From: a bacterium
GTDB lineage: Bacteria > Bacillota_I > Bacilli_A > RFN20 > CAG-826
Reading direction: 5' to 3'
DNA length: 64,000 nt
Assembly (NCBI GenBank): GCA_963593015.1
Contig: CAVAYV010000015.1
Span: 5,976 to 69,975, forward strand
Shown piece by piece: positions 20,627 to 29,443 of the stretch (positions are counted from its first letter, which is position 1; every line of letters starts with the position of its first letter). A program made the position numbers and the translations under genes. A model generated the notes under the pieces. It was given only the letters and a program-made list of their open reading frames with translations, was not told where the DNA came from and did not search any database.

Positions 20627-21698
20627 ATTGGTTCCTCCTGTAGGCTTTATGGTCGGACACCTCGATGTACGAGGCATCCGCTAAATCTGTTTTTACGCTG
20701 GTGATGAACGTTTGCCCTAAGTCTTTAAGCAGCTTTGACAAATTGTCTGCGTGGGTTTTGTCTAACTCGCTATAAACGTCATCGAGAGCTATGATTGGTT
20801 TTTTGTCGTTCTCGCCAACCAAGAAGTAAGGGGATAATTTTAAGGCGATTGCCGTCAAACGGTTTTCTCCTTGGGAGCAATAAAGCCCCACGTCTTTCGC
20901 ATCAAGAAGCAATCTGAAGTCCTCTCGATGCAAGCCGATTGAAGTGCTTTTCCTCGCTAAATCAATTTCCAAGCACTTCTTGTAGGCGTTTTTGCCTTCT
21001 ATCAGGAATTTATCGTCCAAAGGCAAGAAAGGGCGGTAAACGAGCTTAATTCGTCTTTTAGACCCGAATAAGCGTTCGGTGAGCTTAGCAAGCGTCTCTT
21101 CCAGCGCTTTAAGATAATTCATGCGTTTTTCAAGAATCGGCTTGCTTACATCCAATATTTGATCGGTCAAGACATCAAGATGGAGCAAATCAACCTTCTC
21201 TTCCTTTAGCAGGGCGTTTCTTTCAGACAGCAGATGCCTATAAGCCCCTAAGCTAGATAAGTACGCTTCGTCTTTCTTCGAAATAGAGACATCGAGGAAG
21301 TTCCTTCTTTCCGATGGGCTACCTTTCCAAAACGTAGTGTCTTCTGGGATAAAGAGCAATACGTTCAGCACTTTGTACAATTCACTCAGTCGATGAATGC
21401 TTTTGCCATTTATGAGGATCTTTTTCCCGTCTTTAGAAATCCTCACTTCTAGGTCTGTGACTTTTTCACCTTCACGTACGCGTGCGCGCACGCTAGAGTT
21501 TTGACACCCCGTTCTAATCAAAGGGGTGTCAGAGTCTGTTCTCCAAGAACGACCGATGGAAAGATAATACAAAGCCTCCACGATATTGGTCTTGCCTTGT
21601 CCATTCCTCCCGACGATGAGATTTGTTTTTTCATCGAAAGCAATTGAGACTTTCTCGTAAGACCTAAAATCACGAAGTTCAAGGTTTTCAAGGATCAT
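20616..21698 (-). CDS. recF: DNA replication and repair protein RecF
   Basis: 360 aa with Walker [14 protein letters not shown] and typical RecF architecture. It ends in TGA. Confidence 0.9.
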   Translation of the reverse strand: MILENLELRDFRSYEKVSIAFDEKTNLIVGRNGQGKTNIVEALYYLSIGRSWRTDSDTPLIRTGCQNSSVRARVREGEKVTDLEVRISKDGKKILINGKSIHRLSELYKVLNVLLFIPEDTTFWKGSPSERRNFLDVSISKKDEAYLSSLGAYRHLLSERNALLKEEKVDLLHLDVLTDQILDVSKPILEKRMNYLKALEETLAKLTERLFGSKRRIKLVYRPFLPLDDKFLIEGKNAYKKCLEIDLARKSTSIGLHREDFRLLLDAKDVGLYCSQGENRLTAIALKLSPYFLVGENDKKPIIALDDVYSELDKTHADNLSKLLKDLGQTFITSVKTDLADASYIEVSDHKAYRRNQYGK

Positions 21699-21934
21699 TT
21701 GCCCTCGATTAGATACGTTCCTTCTTCGAGTTCGACTTTATCGCCAGGCCGGAGTTTCCTCCCCCGTCGATTGTCTTCCTCTCCATTCACAAGCACTTTG
21801 TGAGTAGCGAGATATTCTTTCGCCATCCCTCCCCACTCAATCACGCGGACAAACTTGATAAGCTGTCCAAGCGTAATGTACTCATCACGCACGGTAACGG
21901 TTTCTACTGTTGTTTCTTTTGCGTTTTTTCCCAT
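21695..21934 (-). CDS. yaaA: S4-domain RNA-binding protein YaaA
   Basis: 79 aa at the conserved dnaN-yaaA-recF position, with the S4 fold motif (…ITLGQLIKFVRVIEWGGMAKEYLATHKVLVNGEED…). Confidence 0.75.
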   Translation of the reverse strand: MGKNAKETTVETVTVRDEYITLGQLIKFVRVIEWGGMAKEYLATHKVLVNGEEDNRRGRKLRPGDKVELEEGTYLIEGK

Positions 21935-21965
21935 GCAAACATTTTACTACATAGTAGTAAAAAAA

Positions 21966-21990
21966 GGAATGCGCTTTTTGCATTCCTTTT
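21966..21990. terminator. Bidirectional hairpin terminator between dnaN and yaaA (GGAATGC-gcttttt-GCATTCC)
   Basis: A perfect 7-bp stem flanked by an A-run and a T-run. A second small hairpin (ACTACatAGTAGT) lies just upstream. Confidence 0.5.
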
Positions 21991-22016
21991 CATGGTTTTA
22001 TTTTGGCTCCAGGAGC

Positions 22017-23135
22017 TTATCTAGTGCGCATTGGGGTGATCAATTCAACCACGGAGTTATCTTTCGGGTTTTTGATGACGAAAGGCTTCATTTCGCCATT
22101 GAAGGACATTTGAACATCCTCGCATCCGAGAGCTTTTACGGCATCGCTGACGAATTGAGCGTTGAAAGCGATTTCCAAATTCTCCCCTTCGTAATTGAAA
22201 ATGCTTAATTTTTCAGATCCAAATCCCGTTTGTTGATTTGCGGTTGACACCTCGACACTCTCATCCCTCATCGAAAGTTTGACAACAGGGGCGATTCCTT
22301 GGAAAAGGATGCTAACGCGGTCAATTGCTGAAAGAAGTTGTTGCGAATTGACTTCCAAGCGGTAATTGAAGCTAGTCGGGACAATCGATCCGGAAACAGG
22401 GTAGGTTTCGCCGATAAGACGGCTGGAAACGACGGTATTTCCGAAAGTGAAGGTGATTTTCTCAGGGGACGAGGAAATCTCAACATCGGCGCCAGGGTCG
22501 AGCAATTTGATAACATCGGCCAAGGTTTTTGCCGGAACGTTTGAGTTGAAGCGGAGATCAGCATCAACTTCCACGCTCTTTTTGGACAAGCGGGCACTGT
22601 CGGTAGCCGTGGCAGTCAGCAAACCACTTTCGGCCTTAAGATTAATCGCGGTTAAAACCGGCCTGGTTTCCTTGTTCAACGCGGCAAAAGATGTTTGCTC
22701 AACTAGTTGAATCAAATCAGTGCAGCGAATCGAGAAAGGTGTGCTGATTTGCTCAAAAGAAATATTCGGATATTCATCGCCATCCATACAAACCAAGTTA
22801 ACCGACAACTTGCCAACGCTGATTCTGGCCGTATTATCGATTACTTCGATCGTTAATTCATCGCCTTCTCCTTTTCGGGTGAATTCGGTAAGAGTGTAAG
22901 CGTTGATCAAAACGGATCCCGGAATCAGATTTCTCAAAATTTCCTTGTCGCCTTTCATCGAAGGGATGACGGTCCAAATGGCGATGTCGCTATTTGATCC
23001 GGTGATTTCCAAACCTTTGTTAGTGATTTCAAGTTTGAAGCACAAAAGAGCCGGGTTGGTGGATTTGCTCCCAATAGCCTTGCTGGCACTGTTTAATCCT
23101 TTTAAAAATTCATTTCTATCAATTGTGAAGCGCAT
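22017..23135 (-). CDS. dnaN: DNA polymerase III beta sliding clamp
   Basis: 372 aa with three-domain clamp architecture (MRFTIDRNEFLKGL…). Confidence 0.9.
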   Translation of the reverse strand: MRFTIDRNEFLKGLNSASKAIGSKSTNPALLCFKLEITNKGLEITGSNSDIAIWTVIPSMKGDKEILRNLIPGSVLINAYTLTEFTRKGEGDELTIEVIDNTARISVGKLSVNLVCMDGDEYPNISFEQISTPFSIRCTDLIQLVEQTSFAALNKETRPVLTAINLKAESGLLTATATDSARLSKKSVEVDADLRFNSNVPAKTLADVIKLLDPGADVEISSSPEKITFTFGNTVVSSRLIGETYPVSGSIVPTSFNYRLEVNSQQLLSAIDRVSILFQGIAPVVKLSMRDESVEVSTANQQTGFGSEKLSIFNYEGENLEIAFNAQFVSDAVKALGCEDVQMSFNGEMKPFVIKNPKDNSVVELITPMRTR

Positions 23136-23285
23136 GAGTTATCTCTCCCTTTGTTTTTTTAATTATTTTTAATAGTAATAATAAGGTGGTGTGAATTTGT
23201 GGATAACTTTCGTATTTTAAGAAATTTATCGTACTTATTTACTTATTATATCATCCATCACTCATCTAATAAATTAGATGTTATC
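23136..23285. promoter_or_regulatory. dnaA-dnaN intergenic oriC segment: AT-rich putative unwinding region with a perfect DnaA box TGTGGATAA at 23198-23206
   Basis: A 150-bp AT-rich spacer containing a perfect 9-mer box. Firmicutes origins are typically bipartite, with the DNA unwinding element between dnaA and dnaN. Confidence 0.6.
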
Positions 23286-24674
23286 TTATTTTAACCTCTT
23301 TTTTATCTCCGACATGGCCTTTTTTGAATCAGGGTCTGTTTTCAACATTTTCTCCACTTTTGAGATGGCACTCATCACCGTTGCGTGATCCTTCCCGCCA
23401 AAAGCTTCACCGATTTTTGTATATTGGGCGTCGAGCAAGTCGCGGCAAAGATACATTGCTGTGTGCCTGGCTAATGCGATTTGGGCCGTTCTTATTTTTC
23501 CAGTCAATTGCGTTGGCGATAAATTGTAATAATCAGCGACGACATTGATTATTTTAGCTATGGACAAAGAATCTTCGTCTTTTTTCACGTCGATTAATCC
23601 GCTGACTGAGTCTATTGCCGTTTGCAGATTGATATGGCTGGCTTGAGCGATTTCCGTCGCGTAGAAAAGAAGCCTATTCAAAGCGCCTTCCAACTCACGA
23701 ACGTTCGTGGAAAATTTTGTCGCAAAGTAAGATATGACTTCCGGATCGAATTGGTTGATGTCTAGCCCATTTGCTTGAATTCTTAATTTTAAAATGGCTT
23801 CGCATGTCTCTTTGTCCGGCGGGTTGATGGATAAAGGCAGCCCCTGAGAAAAGCGGCTTTTTAATCTTTCGTCTAGTCCGTTTAACTTCGATGGGTGCTG
23901 ATCAGATGTTATAACTATCTGCTTTCCCGCTTGGTAAAGGGTTTGGAAAACGCTAAAGAACATCTCTTCGGTTGATTGTTTGCCTACTAGGAATTGGATA
24001 TCGTCCACAAGTAGCACATCCACGGAATTTTTGAAGAAATCTTTAAGATTTTGATCTTCTTTGTTTCCTTTTACGAAGGCAACGTATTCTTCGAAGAAGT
24101 CCTGAGTGGTGACATACAAAACTTTCGTGGATGGGGAGTTTGCTTTTATCGCGTTCCCGATTGCGTGCAGAAGATGAGTTTTGCCTAATCCGGAATCACT
24201 ATATATAAGCAAAGGATTATATAATTTGCCGGGCGCTTTGCTTATAACTAAAGATGCTTGATAAGCTTCTCGGTTTGATGCGCCAACGACGAAATTTTGA
24301 AAGGTGTAAGACTGATTCAAAACGCTGTTGGAAAAGAATGAAGGTTTTTTCTTTTCGCCCATTACCTTGCTTTGTATGTCGGATTCTGTCACGAATTTAA
24401 TTACAAAGTCGCTCTCGGTGACATCCCTAACGATTCCTTCGACCAAATCTAACAAAGTAGTCTTTAGATAATGAGCCGCAACCGCAGAATCCGCGACCAC
24501 TATCATTTCATTTCCGCGAATTTCATAAACGTAAGTCGAGCTAAAAAAAGAATTAAAAACGTCATCCTGCCCCTTGGAAGAGAGTTGCACTTTGATTCTG
24601 TCTAGAACCCTATTCCACAAAGCAGAGATTTCGCTTACTGATTTATCCATAAAAATACTTTGAAAATTTACCAC
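23286..24674 (-). CDS. dnaA: Chromosomal replication initiator DnaA
   Basis: Walker A GLGKTHLLHAIGN, AAA+ domain, and a C-terminal DNA-binding domain. The ORF-track start is GTG at 24674. An in-frame ATG at 24650 (MDKSVSEISALW…) is an equally plausible start. Confidence 0.9.
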   Translation of the reverse strand: MVNFQSIFMDKSVSEISALWNRVLDRIKVQLSSKGQDDVFNSFFSSTYVYEIRGNEMIVVADSAVAAHYLKTTLLDLVEGIVRDVTESDFVIKFVTESDIQSKVMGEKKKPSFFSNSVLNQSYTFQNFVVGASNREAYQASLVISKAPGKLYNPLLIYSDSGLGKTHLLHAIGNAIKANSPSTKVLYVTTQDFFEEYVAFVKGNKEDQNLKDFFKNSVDVLLVDDIQFLVGKQSTEEMFFSVFQTLYQAGKQIVITSDQHPSKLNGLDERLKSRFSQGLPLSINPPDKETCEAILKLRIQANGLDINQFDPEVISYFATKFSTNVRELEGALNRLLFYATEIAQASHINLQTAIDSVSGLIDVKKDEDSLSIAKIINVVADYYNLSPTQLTGKIRTAQIALARHTAMYLCRDLLDAQYTKIGEAFGGKDHATVMSAISKVEKMLKTDPDSKKAMSEIKKRLK

Positions 24675-25040
24675 GTTTCCACAAGAAAATACATAGCAAA
24701 ATTGTAAAAATTAAGTTTTCCACAATTAAAACAACAAAAAGACTAGTTTTAGTGCCAAATAATAACTTTTAAACAAAAATTAATTGTGGAAAACGTGTGG
24801 ATAACTAATTTAATGTTTTAAAATGTGGGAAACTATAAAATGTAAGCGCATTCATAACAGTTACAATTTGCACAAATAATAGACAATATCGAAAGAAATA
24901 AAACTTAATAACAAAATGTGGATAAATTATAAACAACGCATTTTTCGATGAATAAGCTATTTTTTGTATATGCTTATTGGTTGGAAAACCTGTCTTTAAG
25001 AATTTTGGCTATCTTCAGTATATTTGAGCGTTTTTTGGTT
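24675..25040. promoter_or_regulatory. oriC DnaA-box cluster upstream of dnaA
   Basis: Perfect TGTGGATAA boxes at 24796-24804 and 24917-24925. One-mismatch boxes at 24785-24793 (TGTGGAAAA) and 24716-24724 (TTTTCCACA). Weaker boxes at 24825-24833 and 24675-24683. The region is AT-rich. Confidence 0.7.
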
Positions 25041-25067
25041 GCTTTAGAGGGCCTAAATCAATATAAT
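25039..25067 (+). promoter_or_regulatory. rpmH promoter (TTGCTT-17 bp-TATAAT)
   Basis: The -35 element is at 25039-25044 and the -10 at 25062-25067. An RBS (GGAGGAAAG) precedes the ATG at 25103. Confidence 0.5.
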
Positions 25068-25102
25068 CTTCACGCACGCACGTAAAACTCGGAGGAAAGC
25101 GT

Positions 25103-25237
25103 ATGAAAAAAACTTATCAACCATCTAAGGTCAAGCACAGCAACAAAGCTGGCTTCCGCGCTAGAATGGCTACCCACAACGGCCGTAAGGTTCTCAGCCG
25201 TCGTAGAGCTAAAGGCCGCGCTAAAATCGCTGACTAA
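25103..25237 (+). CDS. rpmH: 50S ribosomal protein L34
   Basis: 44 aa, [44 protein letters not shown]. It is below the ORF-track length cutoff and was found by reading the sequence. Confidence 0.9.
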   Translation: MKKTYQPSKVKHSNKAGFRARMATHNGRKVLSRRRAKGRAKIAD

Positions 25238-25278
25238 GGTCCTGTTCGTCAGGCCTTTTTCCGTTATATAGGAGTTCT

Positions 25279-25632
25279 ATGAAGCGCGTAAATCGTGTAA
25301 GAAAACATCAAGAATTTTCTTCCATTATTCATGAGTCTCGGTCTGTCAAAAGCAAGCACTTCTCAATTTATTACCACGTTAAAGAAGAACCTTTGACTAG
25401 AATCGGCATCTCCGTTTCAAAGAAAAACGGGGGAGCTACCATCAGAACCCTTATTAAACGGCAAGTTCGCGCTATGATCGGGGCGAACTATAACCTCAAC
25501 CTCCCTTACGATATTGTCATTATCGTTCGGACAAATTATCAAACCGATGAGTTTGCTTCTAATACGAAGGAACTTATTGAAAACCTAGGGAAGATCGGAG
25601 AACAAGGCAGTGAAAAAAACAAACAAAATTAA
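25279..25632 (+). CDS. rnpA: Ribonuclease P protein component
   Basis: 117 aa, basic, at the conserved rpmH-rnpA position. Confidence 0.85.
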   Translation: MKRVNRVRKHQEFSSIIHESRSVKSKHFSIYYHVKEEPLTRIGISVSKKNGGATIRTLIKRQVRAMIGANYNLNLPYDIVIIVRTNYQTDEFASNTKELIENLGKIGEQGSEKNKQN

Positions 25633-27208
25633 GCTGTTTGGCGCAATCGCTATTGGCGGTGCGGCTTTAATGCTGACTGGCTGCACCCAAACTTTTTGCT
25701 CGAGCACCGATTTGGCCAACATTGCTTACCCTTATGAACAAGGGGTAACCGTTTATTGCGACAAGACGGATATTCCTAATGATTATAAAGATGTCGCTTT
25801 TAAGGTTTTTGATGACAATGATACTCTTTATGCCTATATCCCGGTGGATAAGGACGGAAACTTCACTTCGAAAAAGAGCACATATTTGGTTAACTCGATA
25901 ATCAACGTCGCCAAAGGCTCTAACTACAATTACACAATCCCATCTCAACTATTCTTTGAAAAGATTGACCAAAAAGTTTTAGAGAAAGCGATTTCTACCG
26001 CTGTCAGCGAAAAATACGAAGTCAACGGAAAAACCGTTACCGGTACCGCGAATTTAACTGCGAAAGATATCAATGCCTTCACCGTAAACGACAGTGATGG
26101 CGAGTCTAATAGCGATGCCGAAATCAACCTTGGCATTCTAAGAGAATATGGGTATGTCAAATTCTTGGGTGAAAACGAACAGGGGCAACGAGTTTTTTGG
26201 ACCAATTGGAATACTTGGCTATCTGAAATCCGCGCCGAAATCGGTTATGAGCTTTGCCCAACAACTGAATTCGTCAACTTCTATCAATCAACCGTTTACA
26301 CCAAAATTTCCTCTTTCAGAACTTGTGTAGCTACCAGAGATGGGAAATACGGACATTTTGGTAGTCAAAGCAACTGGGAAGTCAATATTCAAGCCAAATC
26401 CTATGGCGATGCTTGGGGCAAAGGCTTCTTAGAAGGACTTCTTGTTTACCCAGTCGCCTGGATGGTTGATACCTTTGCTTATGGAATCGATCCAGCTTTG
26501 AGTGGCTTTGGCCAGATTATCTCTATTATTTGTGTCACTTTGATTGTTCGTGTTGCCTTGACTTTATTAACGCTTAAGGGAACGCTTGATCAGCAAAAGA
26601 TGCAAGCCCTTCAGCCTGAATTAGCCAAGATTCAAGCTAAATATCCAAATAGCAACACCAACGCTAGTCAAAGAAGCCGTATGACTCAAGAGCAATCGGC
26701 ATTATATAAAAGGAATAAGATCAACCCATTTTCATCGATCGTCATTCTTATTATTCAGTTCCCTGTCTTCATCTCCGTTTGGAGCGCTTTGTCTGGTTCT
26801 AGTGCCTTATCGTCTGGAAGCTTCTTGAATCTTCGTTTATCAGACACAATCAAAGACGTTGTGTTCAACTTCTCCGGTGCCTGGTGGACTAATGAGACCG
26901 GTTGGTGGACTGCAGTCGTGTTGTTCTTGCTGATGGTCCTCTTCCAAACCATGTCAATGTTGCTTCCACAAATGATTAACAAACGTCGGCAAAAGAATAT
27001 GCCTAAGTTAAATAAGAATCCTGCTCAAGACAAAATGAGCAAGCAGATGAAATACATCAGCTGGGGCATGTTAATCTTCACAATTATCATGGGCTTCTTG
27101 TTACCATCTGCGATGGGTGTCTATTGGGGAATCGGTGCTTTGATCTCAATGTGCCAAACTATCATCACTCAAGCCGTTATGGCTAAAAAGACTAAAAAAG
27201 CAAAATAG
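25610..27208 (+). CDS. yidC: Membrane protein insertase YidC/Oxa1 family, lipoprotein type with a large N-terminal extracytoplasmic domain
   Basis: GTG start. Lipobox LMLTGC. About 300 aa of extracytoplasmic domain precedes the conserved five-helix YidC core (…PELAKIQAKYPN…NPFSSIVILIIQFPVF…). At 532 aa it is roughly twice the usual Firmicutes YidC length. Confidence 0.8.
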   Translation: MKKTNKIKLFGAIAIGGAALMLTGCTQTFCSSTDLANIAYPYEQGVTVYCDKTDIPNDYKDVAFKVFDDNDTLYAYIPVDKDGNFTSKKSTYLVNSIINVAKGSNYNYTIPSQLFFEKIDQKVLEKAISTAVSEKYEVNGKTVTGTANLTAKDINAFTVNDSDGESNSDAEINLGILREYGYVKFLGENEQGQRVFWTNWNTWLSEIRAEIGYELCPTTEFVNFYQSTVYTKISSFRTCVATRDGKYGHFGSQSNWEVNIQAKSYGDAWGKGFLEGLLVYPVAWMVDTFAYGIDPALSGFGQIISIICVTLIVRVALTLLTLKGTLDQQKMQALQPELAKIQAKYPNSNTNASQRSRMTQEQSALYKRNKINPFSSIVILIIQFPVFISVWSALSGSSALSSGSFLNLRLSDTIKDVVFNFSGAWWTNETGWWTAVVLFLLMVLFQTMSMLLPQMINKRRQKNMPKLNKNPAQDKMSKQMKYISWGMLIFTIIMGFLLPSAMGVYWGIGALISMCQTIITQAVMAKKTKKAK

Positions 27209-27220
27209 AGGAGCATTAAT

Positions 27221-27820
27221 ATGAAAGAATACACTGGAAAAAGCGTAGAGGAATGCTTAAACGAAGCAAGCTTAGAATTAGGCGTTCCCGCTGAACAAAT
27301 CGTTTATAAAGTCGTCGAAGAGAAAAAAGGACTGTTCTCTAAAAAAGTCTCTATCGAAATCTCGACTATTGATGATGCTGCCGAATATGCAAAATCATAT
27401 TTGATTGAGATTTTGAAAACCATGGGTATTGAAGCTTCTGCGGAGGCTAGAATTGAAGACGGGATCATTCATATCTCCCTTGATAGCCCACGCAATCCTG
27501 TTCTTATTGGGAAAAGCGGGCGCACTCTTCAAGCTTTGAATGAACTTGATCGCTTGGCTGTTTCAAATCATTTCCGCCATCGTTATAGAATTCTTCTTGA
27601 TGTCGGAGGATATAAAGAAGACAAATATTCCCGTTTGGCTTATTTGGCAAAACGCACTGCAAACCAAGTCTTAAAGAGTCACATCGATGTCCAATTGGAT
27701 CCTATGACTCCTGACGAGAGACGCGTGGTCCATAATGCTTTAAATGGCATGGAGCACATCAAAACCGAAAGCAATGGCGAAGGTCAAAACCGCGCTGTCG
27801 CGATTAAGTACATTGACTAA
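27221..27820 (+). CDS. jag: Jag/KhpB RNA-binding protein (Jag_N, KH, R3H)
   Basis: 199 aa at the conserved position after yidC, with a C-terminal R3H-like region. Confidence 0.75.
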   Translation: MKEYTGKSVEECLNEASLELGVPAEQIVYKVVEEKKGLFSKKVSIEISTIDDAAEYAKSYLIEILKTMGIEASAEARIEDGIIHISLDSPRNPVLIGKSGRTLQALNELDRLAVSNHFRHRYRILLDVGGYKEDKYSRLAYLAKRTANQVLKSHIDVQLDPMTPDERRVVHNALNGMEHIKTESNGEGQNRAVAIKYID

Positions 27821-27831
27821 CAATCGATTAA

Positions 27832-27858
27832 GGCGTTAGTGAAACTAGCGCCTTTTCC
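27832..27858 (+). terminator. Terminator after jag (GGCGTTAGT-gaa-ACTAGCGCC plus TTTT)
   Basis: A 9-bp stem with one GU pair and a T-run. Confidence 0.55.
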
Positions 27859-28155
27859 TTATATATAATATATGTATTCAATAAATGGGGATTGTCGTTC
27901 TTTTTCTTTTTATAAAAAACAATCATTTTTATAGCCACAACCATTTTAAAAAAATACTTAACTTTTTAGATATTTGGAAAACATTAGCTATTATCAAATA
28001 AAAAAAGTACAGGTTAATTAACCACAATCAAGAAAGAATAATTCTTAGCCTTAAAAAATAGTTAAATTGTCTATACCTATTTTTTATTAAAACGCTTATA
28101 CTTACAAGGTGTTTAGCAGATAGAGTTTTAGCTCTAATGCTATTAGGAGGATTTT

Positions 28156-29433
28156 ATGAAAAAAAGCCGTTATGTTCTCTCACTTGTATTGAACATACTC
28201 GTAATTGCTGCGGTTGGCTTCGCTGTTAGCAATTATTTGATGCAATATCTTGCATTCACCCCAACTTACAAAGCCCAAGATTTAATTTTTGAATTTGGTG
28301 TGTTGTCCGCTGGATTTGTAGCCATCGTCGCCTTGATCAGCGTCATCAGCAACGTTGTTTGCTTAAGCTCTAATAAGCAAACATGCAAATTTGTTGGTGT
28401 CTTAAAATTGATCTCTGTTACTGTCGCCATCACTGCCGCCCTTAATTACTGGGTCGTTGATTTATTTGTTCTCCCTTATTTTGGATGGGGAAGCGCTTCT
28501 GATGTTTCTACTCTCACAAACTTCATGCTTGATTGGCATGCTCCACTTTTTATCACCATCGTTGCTCCAGCTTTAGTAGTCGTCGATTACTTCTTCTTTC
28601 AATTACAACCAAAAATGGGTCTTACCAATACTTTCTGGGCTTTAGTTCCAGCCGGACTTTATTTTGGTTTCTTCGGAATTAATTGTGTCATCTCGGAATG
28701 GACCTTACCTAACCATTATTTCTATGACATTCTTAAATTCAGCTCAATGGGTTGGTTAAAGATTGTTGATATCATCCTTTCTGGTGTTGTCGGAATGATG
28801 GTCATCACCTTGTTCGCTTTAGCAATCAGAAATGCCGTTCGTAAAGTTCACGTCAAAGATGGAATTGCTCCGGTTGCTGAAGAAGTTACTGAAGAAAAGA
28901 GCGAAACTTCTGAAGACGCTAACGGTGAAGAGATTGTTGCTCCGGCCGCTGAAGAAGCCGTCGAGACCAAAGAAGAGACTCCAGCAGCCGTTGAGACCAC
29001 GACCGTCGCCCCAGTCGCTGAAGAAGCCGTCGAGACCAAAGAAGAGACTCCAACCGCTGTTGAGACCACAACCGTCGCTTCTAATACCACAACCACCGTC
29101 GCTCCTGCCGCTAAGACGAGCACTGCTCCAAAGAAAACCGGTAAGAGGGTTATTATTGTGAAGAGCCCAGAAGATAAGATTCGTTCTGAAGGACTCGGAG
29201 TCCGCAAAGACTACGACACCGACGCCAAATCTGCCTATAAGTCAGTTTCTAGAGTCTACCACATCTCCAAACAAGCTTCAGGCAAATGGCAAGTTAAATT
29301 AGCCACCGGTGAAAGAGCTATAAAATTGTTCGACACTCAATTACAAGCTATCAATTACGCCAAAGCATTAGTGAGAACCCAAGGCGGAAGCATCCGCATT
29401 CACTCTGTTTCTGGCAAAATGAGAAAGGAATAA
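28156..29433 (+). CDS. Polytopic membrane protein fused, through an acidic Thr/Pro/Glu repeat linker, to a C-terminal DUF2188-like domain
   Basis: Strong RBS AGGAGG. Residues 1-230 carry seven or eight hydrophobic helices, followed by 23-aa tandem repeats. The C-terminus (…YHISKQASGKWQVKLATGERAIKLFDTQLQAINYAKALVRTQGGSIRIHSVSGKMRK) matches the DUF2188 pattern, which normally occurs in small standalone proteins. Confidence 0.5.
   Translation: MKKSRYVLSLVLNILVIAAVGFAVSNYLMQYLAFTPTYKAQDLIFEFGVLSAGFVAIVALISVISNVVCLSSNKQTCKFVGVLKLISVTVAITAALNYWVVDLFVLPYFGWGSASDVSTLTNFMLDWHAPLFITIVAPALVVVDYFFFQLQPKMGLTNTFWALVPAGLYFGFFGINCVISEWTLPNHYFYDILKFSSMGWLKIVDIILSGVVGMMVITLFALAIRNAVRKVHVKDGIAPVAEEVTEEKSETSEDANGEEIVAPAAEEAVETKEETPAAVETTTVAPVAEEAVETKEETPTAVETTTVASNTTTTVAPAAKTSTAPKKTGKRVIIVKSPEDKIRSEGLGVRKDYDTDAKSAYKSVSRVYHISKQASGKWQVKLATGERAIKLFDTQLQAINYAKALVRTQGGSIRIHSVSGKMRKE
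28870..29100 (+). repeat. In-frame 69-bp tandem repeat: two near-identical copies (28948-29016, 29017-29085) plus a degenerate upstream copy
   Basis: gctgaagaagccgtcgagaccaaagaagagactcca.c.gc.gttgagaccac.accgtcgc repeated with 4 mismatches per 69 bp. It encodes the 23-aa unit (A/V)AEEAVETKEETP(A/T)AVETTTVA(P/S). Confidence 0.85.
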
Positions 29434-29443
29434 GTTTCTCCGT

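Noticed and set aside
21943-21958. TACTACATAGTAGTA palindrome as a regulatory site
   Set aside because: It lies immediately beside the stronger GGAATGC/GCATTCC terminator hairpin and is most simply part of a tandem terminator structure.
28110-28140. GTTTTAGCTCTAATGCTATTAGG resembles the start of a type II CRISPR repeat (GTTTTAGAGCTA…)
   Set aside because: It is a single occurrence with no repeat-spacer periodicity anywhere in the window. It lies in the AT-rich promoter region of the 28156 gene.
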